DNA of 64,000 nt, taken from NCBI GenBank assembly GCA_043228905.1, contig JBHGNT010000018.1:7936001-8000000 (forward strand), written 5' to 3'. Each line of letters starts with the position of its first letter. Within the stretch, counting starts at the first letter, position 1. Of this stretch, positions 50,629 through 62,800 are shown one piece after another. The translations under genes and the position numbers were made by a program. The DNA is from Azolla caroliniana (Eukaryota; Plantae; Polypodiophyta). Below the pieces are notes generated by a model. That model searched no databases, had not been told where the DNA came from, and worked only from the letters and a program-made list of their open reading frames with translations.

Positions 50629-50790
50629 TGTTAGGAAACAGGTCCCTCCGGATGGGAAGTGAGAAGAACAGTATTGATGAGCAAACTCGGCCGAGGCCCC
50701 GACAACGGAAGACCCGGTGAGAACCGGATGAGAAGTACCCGGCTACGGAAGACCCAGTGAGAACCAAATGTGGTGTACCCGACTACGGAG
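50629..50790 (+). repeat. Truncated copy of the Copia solo LTR at the duplication junction
   Basis: Matches 55109-55270. Confidence 0.88.
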
Positions 50791-53700
50791 GGCCCACATA
50801 TATGTCCGACCACCAATATTTCTTCTTGCCCGAATGCCGATTTCTCCCCGGAAAGTGTTAGGTGCACATCTTCTAGCTTTCGCAACACTTTCTCGCAATC
50901 ATGAATATGGTCGACCACGAACTTTCAGCATCCCCGATCATCCATAGTCTCATCTTTTTCTTCTACCGCGCATCCTTTCATCGGAATGTCATCGAGGAAC
51001 GGCATCGTTATCTCCGGAATGCAGTCTCGAAGCACGTTGTTCATCGCGTTCATCATATGAGCAACCGAGTTTGTCGCTCCTTGTGGTAGTGTGCACATTC
51101 GGACTAATCCTATCGGTGTTTGCATGGTTGTGATGTCTCGGCTCTCCACGGCTAGTTGGAATTGGTCATACCCCGAGTATAGGTCTCCGATGGAGTATAT
51201 CGCACGACCGGCAAAAGCTTCCGCAAATTGTTCCGGATCGTGACCTTATTCACCGGTTGCAAGTCTTGGATAAATCGGAGTGACCCATTCTTCTTCGGAA
51301 CCGTAAACCATCGATTTGAGTATGGAGCAGTTGATGGCTCTAGAATCCCCATCGCCACCTTCTCCTTGAGCAAGTCAATGACTTTCGGGATATGCGCTCG
51401 TGGCACCGGAATCGGCTTCAGGTTCCACGGTACATGGTCAATCGTGAAGATCACCATCGGCTCCACTATTCTCGGATCGATGCACCCTATCTCCCTTGAT
51501 GTAAATGCAAACGCTTTGCCGTGTTGCTCTAACATCTCGCGAAACGGTTCTTCTTCTTTATGTAATAGGAACCCACCTCCACCGATTCGAAGTTTCTTCC
51601 GGGTCTCATCCGTGAAGGCATGTCTGATATCCACGGACTTCCGAAGTGTCGGATCTCCCGAGACTTCTTTCCTCTTTTGTTCGCTATCGGCGGGTAGTGG
51701 TCCCGCGACCGGTTTCACCTTCTTCTCCACGGTCTTGTATTTCGTACTTACCATTGCTTCTTCTTTGCGGAGCGTATCCGGCTCCATTTTTGCAATGATC
51801 TCGTACATCTTGACCGATTCCACCGGGACTACCCGGTTCCCTTGGCTTTTATCTTCCGCAAGCTCTTCAAGTCGTTGTAGCGTGCTCCCATAGAACACTT
51901 CTTCGACTACCCCCACAATTTCTTCATCTTCTTTTATTATTGATGCCGACCACAACTTATCCTCCACTTGTCAGTATCCTTTCTTCAATCCTCCGGTTAC
52001 GGTCGTGTACGTAGATGCCCCATCCAGACCGATTCGTACATGTTTTGCTCCGAGAGTTTTCTTCCTGTGTGGGGTATCAGGCTTCTCGGACTATCACTTC
52101 CCCACTCCGCAACAGTCCGCTTTAAAAATCCATTCTCACTTAGGACAAGAGTTCCCTCTTGTTCCTTTCGTGATTTGCCGGCACCATTAGGAATTGGACG
52201 GATTTCCCACCGTTTTGGCTCCGAATTCGCGCAAAAGCCGCACCGCTATCGAGCACCTTCATCTCCATCCGTGATGCTGTGATAAAGGGTTGGCCGAGGA
52301 TGACGGAATGTGAAACCTCATCTTGCACGAAGAAATTTTGGTCGATCTTGACATCCCCGATCTTCACTGTCACATCCGGACAAGCCGCAAATAGATCTTC
52401 TGTTGCTTTTGTGGCCGCCCGAATCTTTTATCCATGGTTGGTGTTAATAGGCCACTTCCCCTTCCGGTAGAACTCCTTGGACATCAAGTTGATCTGCGAT
52501 CTGTGATCAATCAATGCTAGCACGGGTTCTTTGATGTTGCCGATTCGGACCGGAGTCTCCGTAGTCGCGCGTGCCCAATGTGGCCTTGTATAGTGGGAGT
52601 TCGGAATTTTGTCCTCCACTTCGGTGTCGTTCATTAATACGGTGTTCGCATTCACCCTTGGAGCATTTTCCTCTGTACTTTGTCTTTTTCGCTTCACGAG
52701 ATCCACGAGAAGATCGTGGAACTCCTTCTTTGCTATTCCGAGTAGCTCCCGAAGCGAGAAATCTACCCGGCTATCCAAGATTATTTCCTCGAACACTCTT
52801 TTCAAGTCGGTTTGTTGTTCTATGTCCGAGGCGAGCTTGAATGCCGTAGTCGCCTTTTCTTTTCCCTTACCTCCGGAGTTCCAGCTTTCCGGTATCTTCG
52901 ATGGCCCGGCCGCATCCTCCATGCGTCGTCGTTTCTCGTCCACATACACCTCATGCAATTGACACAGGGCGTATACGCTATTCTTGTCGACAGGGCACTC
53001 CCATCCCGTAGCTTCCTGGACGCCTTCCGCGGTGCTTCGGATCTCGTTGGAGTCGGTTTTCTCGGTGTTTTCTAGAACTTCCGGCCAAAAAGACGTCTTT
53101 GCACTCGATGACTCCCCGACACATGTTCCCGTGGTTGTCGCATAGTTGCTTCTTGCCGCCAATTCCTCCTCGAGCACCTTCTTCATGCCGCCTTTCCGCG
53201 AACAACCTCCCGAACCGGCTTTCGAATGCCGAAAACACATCAACGACCTTCAATCCCTTGTCCGGCGTCTCCACCCAATCTTCGAATCCCCTTCGCGTCG
53301 CCTTGGAGGAATCCTCGATGACGAACGTCCTCTTTAGCTCTTCTTCAAACGCCTCCCATGTCGGATTTTGCTGTCGTAGCCCATGGATGCTTGCTTGAAG
53401 CCCGTCGGTCGCCACCCGGTTGAAGGACTTCACTTGCAGTCCTTCCGATATTCCACACCGTAGCATCTCCGCCTTGTAGTCCCGAAGATACCGCGACACG
53501 TCTTTCCCGTTGAATTGCCCGTTTCGTTGCACGAGCCGCTCCACTGATGCCGCTATCTCCGACATCGCGCGTTGTTCTTGTAGCATGCGCTCGAACATCA
53601 TCATCATGTTGCTAGCCTCCGGTTGATTTTCCATCTCCTTGCCACCCGGTCTTCACGTCGGGTTCACCAACTGTGTCGTGCCTTTTGGCTCCAGATCGTT

Positions 53701-54370
53701 ACGTAAGTCGGGTGGGAACCGCCGAGGTTTTTGACTAGGAGGAAGAGGAATACAACTTAAGGCTAGTTATGAATAGTGGAAAGAGAAGTAAGATAGCAAT
53801 CTCGTGAATCCCACGAGTTTAGTGTATTAAAACAATACTTAGATTATAAGAGTAATTTTGATGGCAAAATTCGTGAATCCCATGAATATATTAGATTGAT
53901 CAATCCTTGTAAATTAATCAACAACCTTATCCATATTTCTCTCCTCCTTATATAAAGATGGAAGAGGCTAAGCATGGCTTCATGATTTTTCACCAAAAAT
54001 GTCCATGCACACTAAATGTGCATGTGATGCTTTGTCCTTTCCTAAGTATAGGGCTCATGCACGCCAGATGTGCATGAGTCACTTTTAATGTCACGTGTAA
54101 ATAAAATATTCACACCCTAAAGTATACATGATTTTTACCTTTGAATAAAGGTATATCTAAATAAAGGTCTTATACGTATTAAATCTATAACACTAAAGAT
54201 AAGTTATTACAATGGTAAAGTTGAGGTTTATCTATGTGGAGGTGTAGGGTTCGAGTCTTGCCATATGCATGTGATAAATGTTTTGATATATTATTTATTT
54301 ATTTATATGTATCTAAAATCGGATATATTATTTTATGGTTTTCACGTAGTGTGTGGAATACACTACGACA
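50791..54370 (-). mobile_element. Duplicated 5' half of the tRNA-Trp Gypsy (LTR 53674-54370, gag-PR-RT part)
   Basis: Near-identical to 46404-49890. It retains the protease region (ALIDHRSQINLM) but lacks about 530 bp of gag. Confidence 0.92.
53652..53669 (-). other. Primer-binding site complementary to the plant cytosolic tRNA-Trp 3' end
   Basis: ttcacgtcgggttcacca equals the recalled 3' end of plant tRNA-Trp plus CCA. Confidence 0.8.
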
Positions 54371-56868
54371 ACGCCATACATCCTAGAAAACGAATCTTCT
54401 ACCTTCTCAATAGACAAACCTCAACCCCCGATACATTTATGTGGTTGGGGAATACTAATAATAAAAAATTCATGTTTTACCATACCTCTAAGAAAACCTG
54501 TAGGAATAGACCTAGGACTAAATTTTGGAAACCTTTAGCTTATACCCCTCGTACTAGCCTTCGTCTACATAACTTGTCCACTTACACACTTAGTAAAAAC
54601 GAAACACAACTATTAAACTTAGGACTACAATACGTCCCCCCTTCTCCCCCACCCTTCCCTCAAAACATCCTTAAAGAATATACCAACCTTAGTAGATCAC
54701 TATGCCTTAGACACTTGTTTAGAAATAGTGATACAACCCCACCTAATCCCTTTAAATTACCTAACCCCAGTTGGAACCCTCCATCTAAATACCTTCCCTT
54801 AGAAACCCTTATTGAAAAATACAATAGTATCCTACAAGAACAACTATTAAACACTAAAATTAAGTATGCTAAACCCTCATACCACCTTCTCTTAGCCCTC
54901 AATAGCCTTAAGAGAAATACTAAAATCCTTATCTTACCCGTCGATAAAAATATAGGAGTTTGTGTCTTAGATAGAGACCTATATTATACTAAAGCTATAA
55001 CCCATCTCTCAGATACCACCACTTACAAACTAGTGACCCACTTTCCGTTAGAAGAACTCTTAGATCGATTAAATACTATAGTTAGAAATAATCTAGGAAC
55101 CCTCTCTATGTTAGGAAACAGGTCCCTCCGGATGGGAAGTGAGAAGAACAGTATTGATGAGCAAACTCGGCCGAGGCCCCGACAACGGAAGACCCGATGA
55201 GAACCGGATGAGAAGTACCCGACTACAGAAGACCCAGTGAGAACCAAATGTGGTGTACCCGGCTACGGAGGACCCGGTGAGAACCGGATGTGGTGTACTC
55301 GGCTATGGAAGACCCGGTGAGAACCGGATGTGGTGTACCTGGCAAGCGCCGGATGACGAGTACCGGGCTATGGAGGACCCGATGAGAATCGGATGTGGTG
55401 TACCTGGCTACGGAGGACCCGGTGAGAACCGGATGTGGTGTACCCGGCAAGCGCCGGATGATGCAGGCCCGGTGAGGAGTGCTCGTCGGATGAAGGGACA
55501 TATTCGTAAATATGTTTCTGAGAGTCCATCAGGGCTATATTTGTAAATAGCTGAAAAGTCATATTAGTATAAATATGACTTAGGGCAAACTTTGTATGTG
55601 TTGTTGTCATTCTTGTTGGTGCAAGACTAGAGATCGTGCATTCCCGTCACTCTATATTAGAAGCCAACTTCATTCTCCACAAACCACCCGAAGGTTATAG
55701 AGTAGCTAATATCTACTTTCTCCCCAAAATTCACAAGACACCTTTCGGATTTAGACCTATATATTCATATAACAACTCCATCTTTCAACAAACATCGAAA
55801 TGGTTACAATTTCAACTCCTACCTATCCTATTAACTCAAAAGAAATATCTAAAATATTATCACTCCCTCATCCAAACCTTAGAAAATCTAAACCCTCCCC
55901 CAAATAGTTTCATTTTTACCTTTGATGTTGAGTCTCTCTATCCTAGCATCCCACCTAAATTAGGACTCGAAGCCCTTAGGAATATTATCTCCCCTCATTT
56001 CTCCAAAAATAAGACTAATCTTATATGTAACCTTAGCGCCCTAACCTTAGAATAACATTTCCTAACTTTTCACAATCAAATCTACCAACAGATTAAGGGC
56101 ATTGCCATGGGTAGCAACTTCTCTGTTGTATACGCTTGTCTCTTCCTATCACACTTAGAAAATTCTCATCCTTCCCCCCACCTCTTCTACTTCACTAGGT
56201 ATATAAACAATGCCTTTCGAGTATGGACAGGCACCAAACCTCAACTTTTAGACTTCTTAAAATTCTATGGTGACACCACCAATAATTCTATTAGACTCAA
56301 CATATAAACCTCTCCGACTAGGCTTCCCTTTCTAGATATATGGATCAACCTTCTTAATAACAAATTCTCCTTTAACTGCTTTCAAAAGTCCCTTAATACC
56401 TATCAATACCTTCCTTTTTCATCTAACCATCCTCTCCACGTAAAGCATAACTTCATATCTAACGAGCTCAAAAGATACCTCATTAGAGAAAGCATGCCCT
56501 TAGGCTATTCTAATATGAGAAACTTATTTTTTCGTAGGCTTACTAAAAGAGAATACCCACTCAATTTTATCCTTAGGAACTTTAGGAAATACCCTTATTC
56601 TCTCAGACAATCACTCCTTTTTAAGCATAAAACTAAAGCTTCTCTTACCCCAACCATCTTTAGACTAAGATATACCCATAACACCCCTAAATTACGTATT
56701 CAAACTTTTCGAACTAACCTATATAGTGATTTTATTAAGGATCCCCAACTATGTAGTATCCCCAAATCTCTAGTTTATTGGACTAAATCTAAAACGCTAC
56801 ACTCACTTTTAGTCCAAACTAAATTTACTAGATCCCCACCTACCCCACCACCCTTACTTATCCCATAA
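54371..56868 (+). pseudogene. PLE-A reverse transcriptase, interrupted by a solo LTR; no GIY-YIG domain after the thumb
   Basis: DKN motif, YFLPKIHK, TFDVESLYPSIP, KGIAMG, RYINN (decayed YIDD), HPLHVK...ELKRY; ends KTLHSLLVQTK...stop at 56868. Confidence 0.88.
55109..55649 (+). mobile_element. Copia solo LTR, related to the 20306-25847 family, inserted in the PLE RT
   Basis: TG...CA ends, TSD CTCTA on both sides, homologous to the reverse complement of 20306-21066 with an internal deletion. Confidence 0.92.
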
Positions 56869-57060
56869 TCTATCCCTAGCATCCCGTTATCCTCCTTTAG
56901 TACCCTCTTATAATATATTATCATACTCTCCCCTTATTACCCTCATTATTCCTTATCACCCCAATTATATCAACTCACCTTACATCATACCCCCTTACAT
57001 CACATCCTCTTAAAACATACCCTTTTATACACCTTAACTACCCTTAATAGACATTTAAAT

Positions 57061-57280
57061 CTCTCTCTCTCTCTCTCTCTCTCTACATATCACTACTCTC
57101 ACTCTTCCACTACCACACATTCATTATATGCACTCATCATACCCCCCCCCCTCTCTCTTACCCCATCTTCACTATATATATATATCTCTATTTTGTAAAA
57201 ACAAGGCCTATTGCACTGATGAGCTCGTATGAGCGAAAATAGTTTGTAATAAGGCCTTCCTTAATATAAGTTGTCTCAAT

Positions 57281-57316
<36 letters not shown>

Positions 57317-57337
57317 TACTCTACTCTACTCTACTCT
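57061..57337 (+). repeat. (CT)n, (TA)n and (CTACT)n microsatellites flanking the hammerhead
   Basis: Read directly from the sequence. Confidence 0.85.
57203..57258 (+). ncRNA. Minimal type I hammerhead ribozyme of the PLE
   Basis: AAGGCC-TATTGCA CTGATGA GCTC-GTAT-GAGC GAAA ATAG TT TGTAATA-A-GGCCTT: canonical core, 4-bp stem II, 13-bp bulged stem I, minimal stem III. Confidence 0.85.
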
Positions 57338-57459
57338 TACACATTTCTCCTTTCCTTTCTTTTGGTATTTACCCTCCATCCAATAGTTTTGTCGAGAACC
57401 ATAGCACACACTCCCGGTTTTAGACCATTCGGTGTATAGATTCGACACCTAAAATTGCT

Positions 57460-57976
57460 ATGGATCATGCGTTAGAGATTGGCACCCACAATGGGACGAC
57501 ATTGACTAACCCCGAGCACCCATCATGTGAAGAGTGCCCTCGGCCAACGACCATGACATTTGCATCCATTGCCTCGACAACAACCACACCTACCAAACGG
57601 AATAGTGCAAACAAACGACAACAAAAACACTTATGTGAGATTCTATTTTCCTCATCCCCCGAGAATACTGCTACAAAATACTAAGGTATCGACATCCAAT
57701 ACCTCTTTTGCTTCCAAACACTTACAAGATAACAAGGCTAACATTTTTTTAGAGTTTAAACATATCTTTAAGCGTAAAAAGCAAACTTCTCACACACTCA
57801 AGAGAATCTCAAGCCTACACTCACATGAAATAATCCCAAGAAGTTTGAAGAATGAAACCCCCAAGCTTAAATTAGATAATGAAGAAATTAATATGAGCCT
57901 CCATACTAACTTCTAAGCCCTAACTACCCAATATAATAGAGACCTTACAAGAAGCTATATTAAACATTTAGACATG
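57460..57976 (+). pseudogene. PLE-A ORF1 N-terminus (partial tandem copy or tail)
   Basis: ATG at 57460; 57615-57976 aligns with 34794-35153. Confidence 0.7.
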
Positions 57977-58053
57977 ATTAAACCTCGATCTTTGACACAT
58001 AAACCAATTCCAGTCTTGTAAACCCAAATGACATTTCTAATCATTATTTCAAT

Positions 58054-58126
58054 CGCACAAGGAAGCGGTCGATCCTTCGGCCTTCTGCTTAGGAAACAAA
58101 CGCTCTATCCACTGAGCTACAAGTGT
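58054..58126 (-). pseudogene. tRNA-Arg(CCU) degenerate copy
   Basis: T-arm mutated. Confidence 0.75.
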
Positions 58127-58585
58127 GAAATCCTTGCTCCAAAGGAAAGTGTTGATAGTCTTATTAATTCTTCTAATTACTAATAAATGCATCTTAGTTG
58201 ACGAATTTATAATTAATTTATGTGAACTGCTTAAATAAAGCTCACAAATGAATCATTGTAATTGATTTTTGAGGAAGTACTGAAAATCTATCTGAGTGGC
58301 TAAAAACGAAATACCTCATTCATTTTGGTTACTTGGTACGCATGACACTATGACTTTTTGCTTCCATGGTAAACCCTTAATGCATAATACAATAGTAGAG
58401 TTTTGCATTTAATGGGTCCGAGAACCACTTATAGTTTGTGGAATTTTGATTTCACTATACGAGACCATAAATGTGGAGAATCTTAGTATTGTTACGCACA
58501 TGAGATTGGTTAAACCTTGATCTTCGACACATAAACCAATTCCAATCTTGTGAACCCAAATGAAATTTGTGATCATAATTTCAAT

Positions 58586-58658
58586 CGCACAAGGAAGGGA
58601 TCGAACCTTCAGCTTTCTGCTTAGGAAACAAACGTTGTATCCATTCAGTTACAAGTGC
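58586..58658 (-). pseudogene. tRNA-Arg(CCU) degenerate copy
   Basis: D-arm mutated. Confidence 0.75.
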
Positions 58659-58811
58659 GAATTTCTTTGTGCAAAGGAAAGGGTCAATGATCCCTATTAA
58701 TTCTTCTAATTACTAATAAATGCATCTGAGTTGACGAATTTATAATGAATTTATGTCAACTTCTTAATTAAAGCTCACAAATGAATCATCGTAATCGATT
58801 TTTGAGAAAGT

Positions 58812-59374
58812 ACGACCACAAAAACGCTTACGTGAGATTCTATTTTCCCATCCCCCAAGAATACTGCTACAAATACTAAGGTATCCACATCCAATACTTC
58901 TGTTGCTTCCAAAAACTTACAAGATTACAAGGCTAAGCTTTTTTAGAGTTTAAACATATATTTTAGCGTAAAAAGCAAGCTTCTTACACACTCATGAGAA
59001 TCTCAAACCTACACTCACATGAAATAATCCCAAGAAGTTTGAAGAATGAAGCCCCCAAGCTTAAATTAGATAATGAAGAAATTAATATGAGCCTCCATAA
59101 TGAGTTCTCAGCCCTAACTACCTAATATAATAGAGACCTTACAAGAAGCTATATTAAACATTTAGACATGTTAGTACACTCGTACACTAAATTAATAGAT
59201 GATTTTCCAAATAAGATTACATCTGATCTCAGCCATTTTACTGATATATTACAAGATCCTACCCATCTTAATACAGTATCTAATCATATAGACCTAGAGT
59301 TATATTTAGAAACTATGAAGAGCTGGCTTGAGGATTTCGCTTTAAGAATTCTTACTGCGTGTGATGAATTTGTT
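58812..59374 (+). mobile_element. PLE-A ORF1 fragment embedded in the tRNA spacer
   Basis: Near-identical to 34794-35356, including the spacer junction tttttgagaaagta(c/t)gaccacaaaaacg. Confidence 0.88.
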
Positions 59375-59845
59375 ACAATTGCGAAATCCTTGCTCCAAAG
59401 GAAAGGGTCGACGATCCTATTAATTCTTCTAATTACTAATAAATGCATTTGAGTTAACAAATTTATAATCAATTTATGTGAACTTCTTAATTAAATGTCA
59501 CAAATGAATCATCACAATCGATTTTTCAGGAAGTATTGAAAATGTATATAGTGTCTAAATGCGAAATATCTCATTCATTTTGGTTACTTGAGACCCATCA
59601 CACTATGACTTTTTACTTTCATAGTAAACCCTTAATACATAATACAATAGTAGAATTTTGCATTTGTTGGGTCCTAGAAGCACTTATAGTTTGTAAAAAT
59701 TAGATTTTACTATACGAGACCATAAATGTGGAGTATCTTAGTATTGTTACGCACATGAGATTGGTTAAACCTCCATCTTCAACACATAAACCAATTCCAG
59801 TCTTGTGAACCCATATTATATTTTTTATCATTATTTCAATCGCAC

Positions 59846-62800
59846 GTTCCAAACTTCCTTCTCGTTCACTTGTGTCTTCTGAATCTTTAAGTGAGTATTC
59901 TAGTTCATTAATTTATTCGTGTGTAATTGATCCTGCGCTTCAGTTTTATTATTTTAATATTAACGCCACACAATTACCACATTATGAACAACGATTACTC
60001 GACTCTATTTTAGATGATTTTCAAGACGTCTTTCCTAACGAATTTCCACTTACTTTACCACCAAAACGTAATGTGGACCATCAAATTGAACTCATCCCCG
60101 GTGTTGCTCCTGTGAGCATTCCACCTTATCGACTTAGTCGATTAGAAGATGATGAGATCGCTAAACAACTTAAGGAATAGTTGAGTATGGGCCACATTAA
60201 GTATAGTAAATCACCTTGGGGTGCACTAGTTCTATTAGTTAAGAAGAAGGAAGGTTCATGGCGAATGTGTATCAATTGTCTCCGTTTGAATAAAATGACA
60301 ATTAAAAATGCATATCCGTTACCTAGTGCCGATGATTTGATTGATCGTTTGCATGGGGCCCGATATTTTACCAAAATTGACTTATGAATAGGTTATCATC
60401 AAATTCGCATTCGTACGTGTTTTTAGTCATGCCTTTCGGGTTGACTAATGCTCCAACCACATTCCAACAAGCGATGAATGACGTTTTCTGAGATCAACTC
60501 AATGAGTTTGTTGTCGTCTTCGTGGATGATATTTTGATATATAGTCGTACCTTGTGAGATCATGTTCAACATGTTCGATTTGTTTTGCAAAAGTTGCATG
60601 ACAACTCTTTCTATGCAAAACATTCAAAATGTGTTTTCTTCCAAAAATATATTGTGTACCTAGGTCATTTAATTATGGAAAATGATGTTGAAATTGAACC
60701 TTCTCGTATTGAAAAGGTTAAACTTTGGCCCATTCCTCGTAATATTCGTAAACTACGAGCATTTTTAGGGTTTGTTGGATTTTTATGAAAATCAATTCGT
60801 AAATATTCCAAATTGACTACGCCATTAACTGACCTTTTAAAAGGTCATCCATGTAAGTCTGTCAAACCAATTGCATGGAATGAACAACTTGACAAATCAT
60901 TTGAGACACTCAAAGAGCATGTGTGTCAGGCTCCCACTCTTCTATTACCAGACCCGTCTAAGCCTTTCTCAATCGAAACCGATACTAGTGATTATGCTAT
61001 TGGTGTCGTTCTTTATCAAGGTGGTCACCCTATTACTTTTGAAAGTAAGAACCTTGATGATGCTCAATCTTGTTATTCGGTTCAAGAGAAAGATTTGTTT
61101 GCGTTAATACATGCACTTCAAACATGGAGGCACTATCTCAATGGAAATAAATTTGTGGTTAGAATAGACCATCAATCATTGAAGTATTTTTGTGACCAGC
61201 CAGATCTTCTTGGTCGTAAAGGCCGTTGGGCTAACCTTATGCAAGATTTTGATTTTTCCATACGGTATCGCAAGGGTTCTATGAACACCCTTGTGGATCC
61301 TCTTAGTCGCACTAAAGAAGTTAACATGCTTAGCTTCATGGAAATAAAATCTGATCTTTTAGATCACCTTCGAGCGAAATACCTTGATGACAGTTATTTT
61401 TCGAAATACTGGATGAAAGCCGAATCTGGTTTAGATGCCGATACTAGCACCCTACCCTCAAAGGCGACCTTTCACATTACAAACGGTTTGCTATACCATA
61501 GTGGAAAGGTCAGTGTTCCAGATTTACCAAACGTAAAATAGAAAATTCTTCATGAATGTCATGATGCACCATCTGCTCGTTATCTTGGAATACAACGCAC
61601 ACTCGTTCTCATCTCGAGTACTTTTTTCTGGCCTTAGATGCGCTCTGACGTACATAAATACGTAACTCAATGCTTACAATGTCAGATTAATAAGTCAGAA
61701 CGACTTAAAGCTACGGGTCTTTTACATCCCTTAGATGCTTCGAGCTTCTGTAGCAAAAACCCCTTCTAAGTGGGAGTAATACATTCCTATCTTAGAATTT
61801 GCCTATAATAGCTCTAAACATACATCCATTGGATATATTCCTTTTATGTTGATGTATGGTTTTCAGCCACGTGCCCCAGTTGATGTCACAATTTATCGTG
61901 ATACATTAGACAATACACACAATTTTTTGCAAGACATGAACCAAATGTTGCATATTGCCAAAGAGAATGTCAAGACAGCTCAAGATCGTGCTCGACTTTA
62001 TGCTGATTAGGATAGACGTCCTTGTGCATTTACTATTGGTGAAAAAGTTTTTTTGCGTGTCCCTACTGACTCTACGTCATTGTCTATGGGCAAGTGCGCT
62101 AAGTTAGGCCCACAATATTGTGGCCCATTTGAAATCCTTAAGTGGATTGGGTCATCTGCTTATCACCTTGCCTTACCCCGTAACGTTGGTATTCATCTTG
62201 TTTTTCACATGAGTTGTCTAAAACCATTTTTAGGCTTTGGTGATAACACCATCACAATCCAAGATCTTGTAACATTAGTGGATTTTTCTTACAAACCTCA
62301 TGTTCCTGAAAGAATTCTTGGTTCTCGTACTAACCGTTTACGTTCTAAACAGATTCGGCTATTCAAGATCAAATGGATAGATAAACCTATCGATGATGCC
62401 ACATGGGAACGCGAGCATACTCTTAAGGCACAATTTCCTCACTTTATTGAAAGAGTGCAATCTTTTGAAGTAGGGAAGTATGTTATGTACACATAACATT
62501 GCTGAGGGTAGGTCACTAATATTTACATTAGTGAAGGGTATGTTCACTAATGTTAAAAAGTGGACTAATGATTGGATAGAAGGAATGATAGGTGCCAACA
62601 CTATCATGATTTGGACAACCAATGAATGGAGAGCCTCTTAGAAAGGCACATTTGTTCAAGGGGCCTAGGAAAAGGTATAAATATGAGGCTTATCTACCCT
62701 CATAAGGACATTACGTTGGAAGGTTGCTGTCTTAGACACCGGTGGTGCGGGCTAGGCTTTCGTCTTGACGATTGTGTTTATCTCTGCCAAGGTATTAGTC

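Larger units (their letters stand above)
34794..57976 (+). mobile_element. Penelope-like retroelement, family A, lacking a C-terminal endonuclease; fragmented by nested insertions
   Basis: Pieces 34794-36031, 42559-43472, 49891-50628 (duplicated at 54371-55108) and 55650-57976 rejoin across TSDs. They give ORF1, then RT, a 3' UTR, a hammerhead and a partial tandem repeat of ORF1. Confidence 0.85.
57977..59845 (-). repeat. tRNA-Arg(CCU) array, block 3 (2 copies, 2 remnants, interrupted by a PLE fragment)
   Basis: Same spacer and tRNA sequence at 58054 and 58586; remnants at 59375-59382 and 59841-59845. Confidence 0.93.

Noticed and set aside
49785-50720. 311-aa ORF (and its twin at 54265-55200) as a real gene
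   Set aside because: It is a chance in-frame fusion of Gypsy LTR, PLE RT N-terminus and Copia LTR.
22205-53398. Numerous plus-strand ORFs opposite Copia and Gypsy pol
   Set aside because: They are antisense shadows of GC-rich retroelement coding sequence with no independent motifs.
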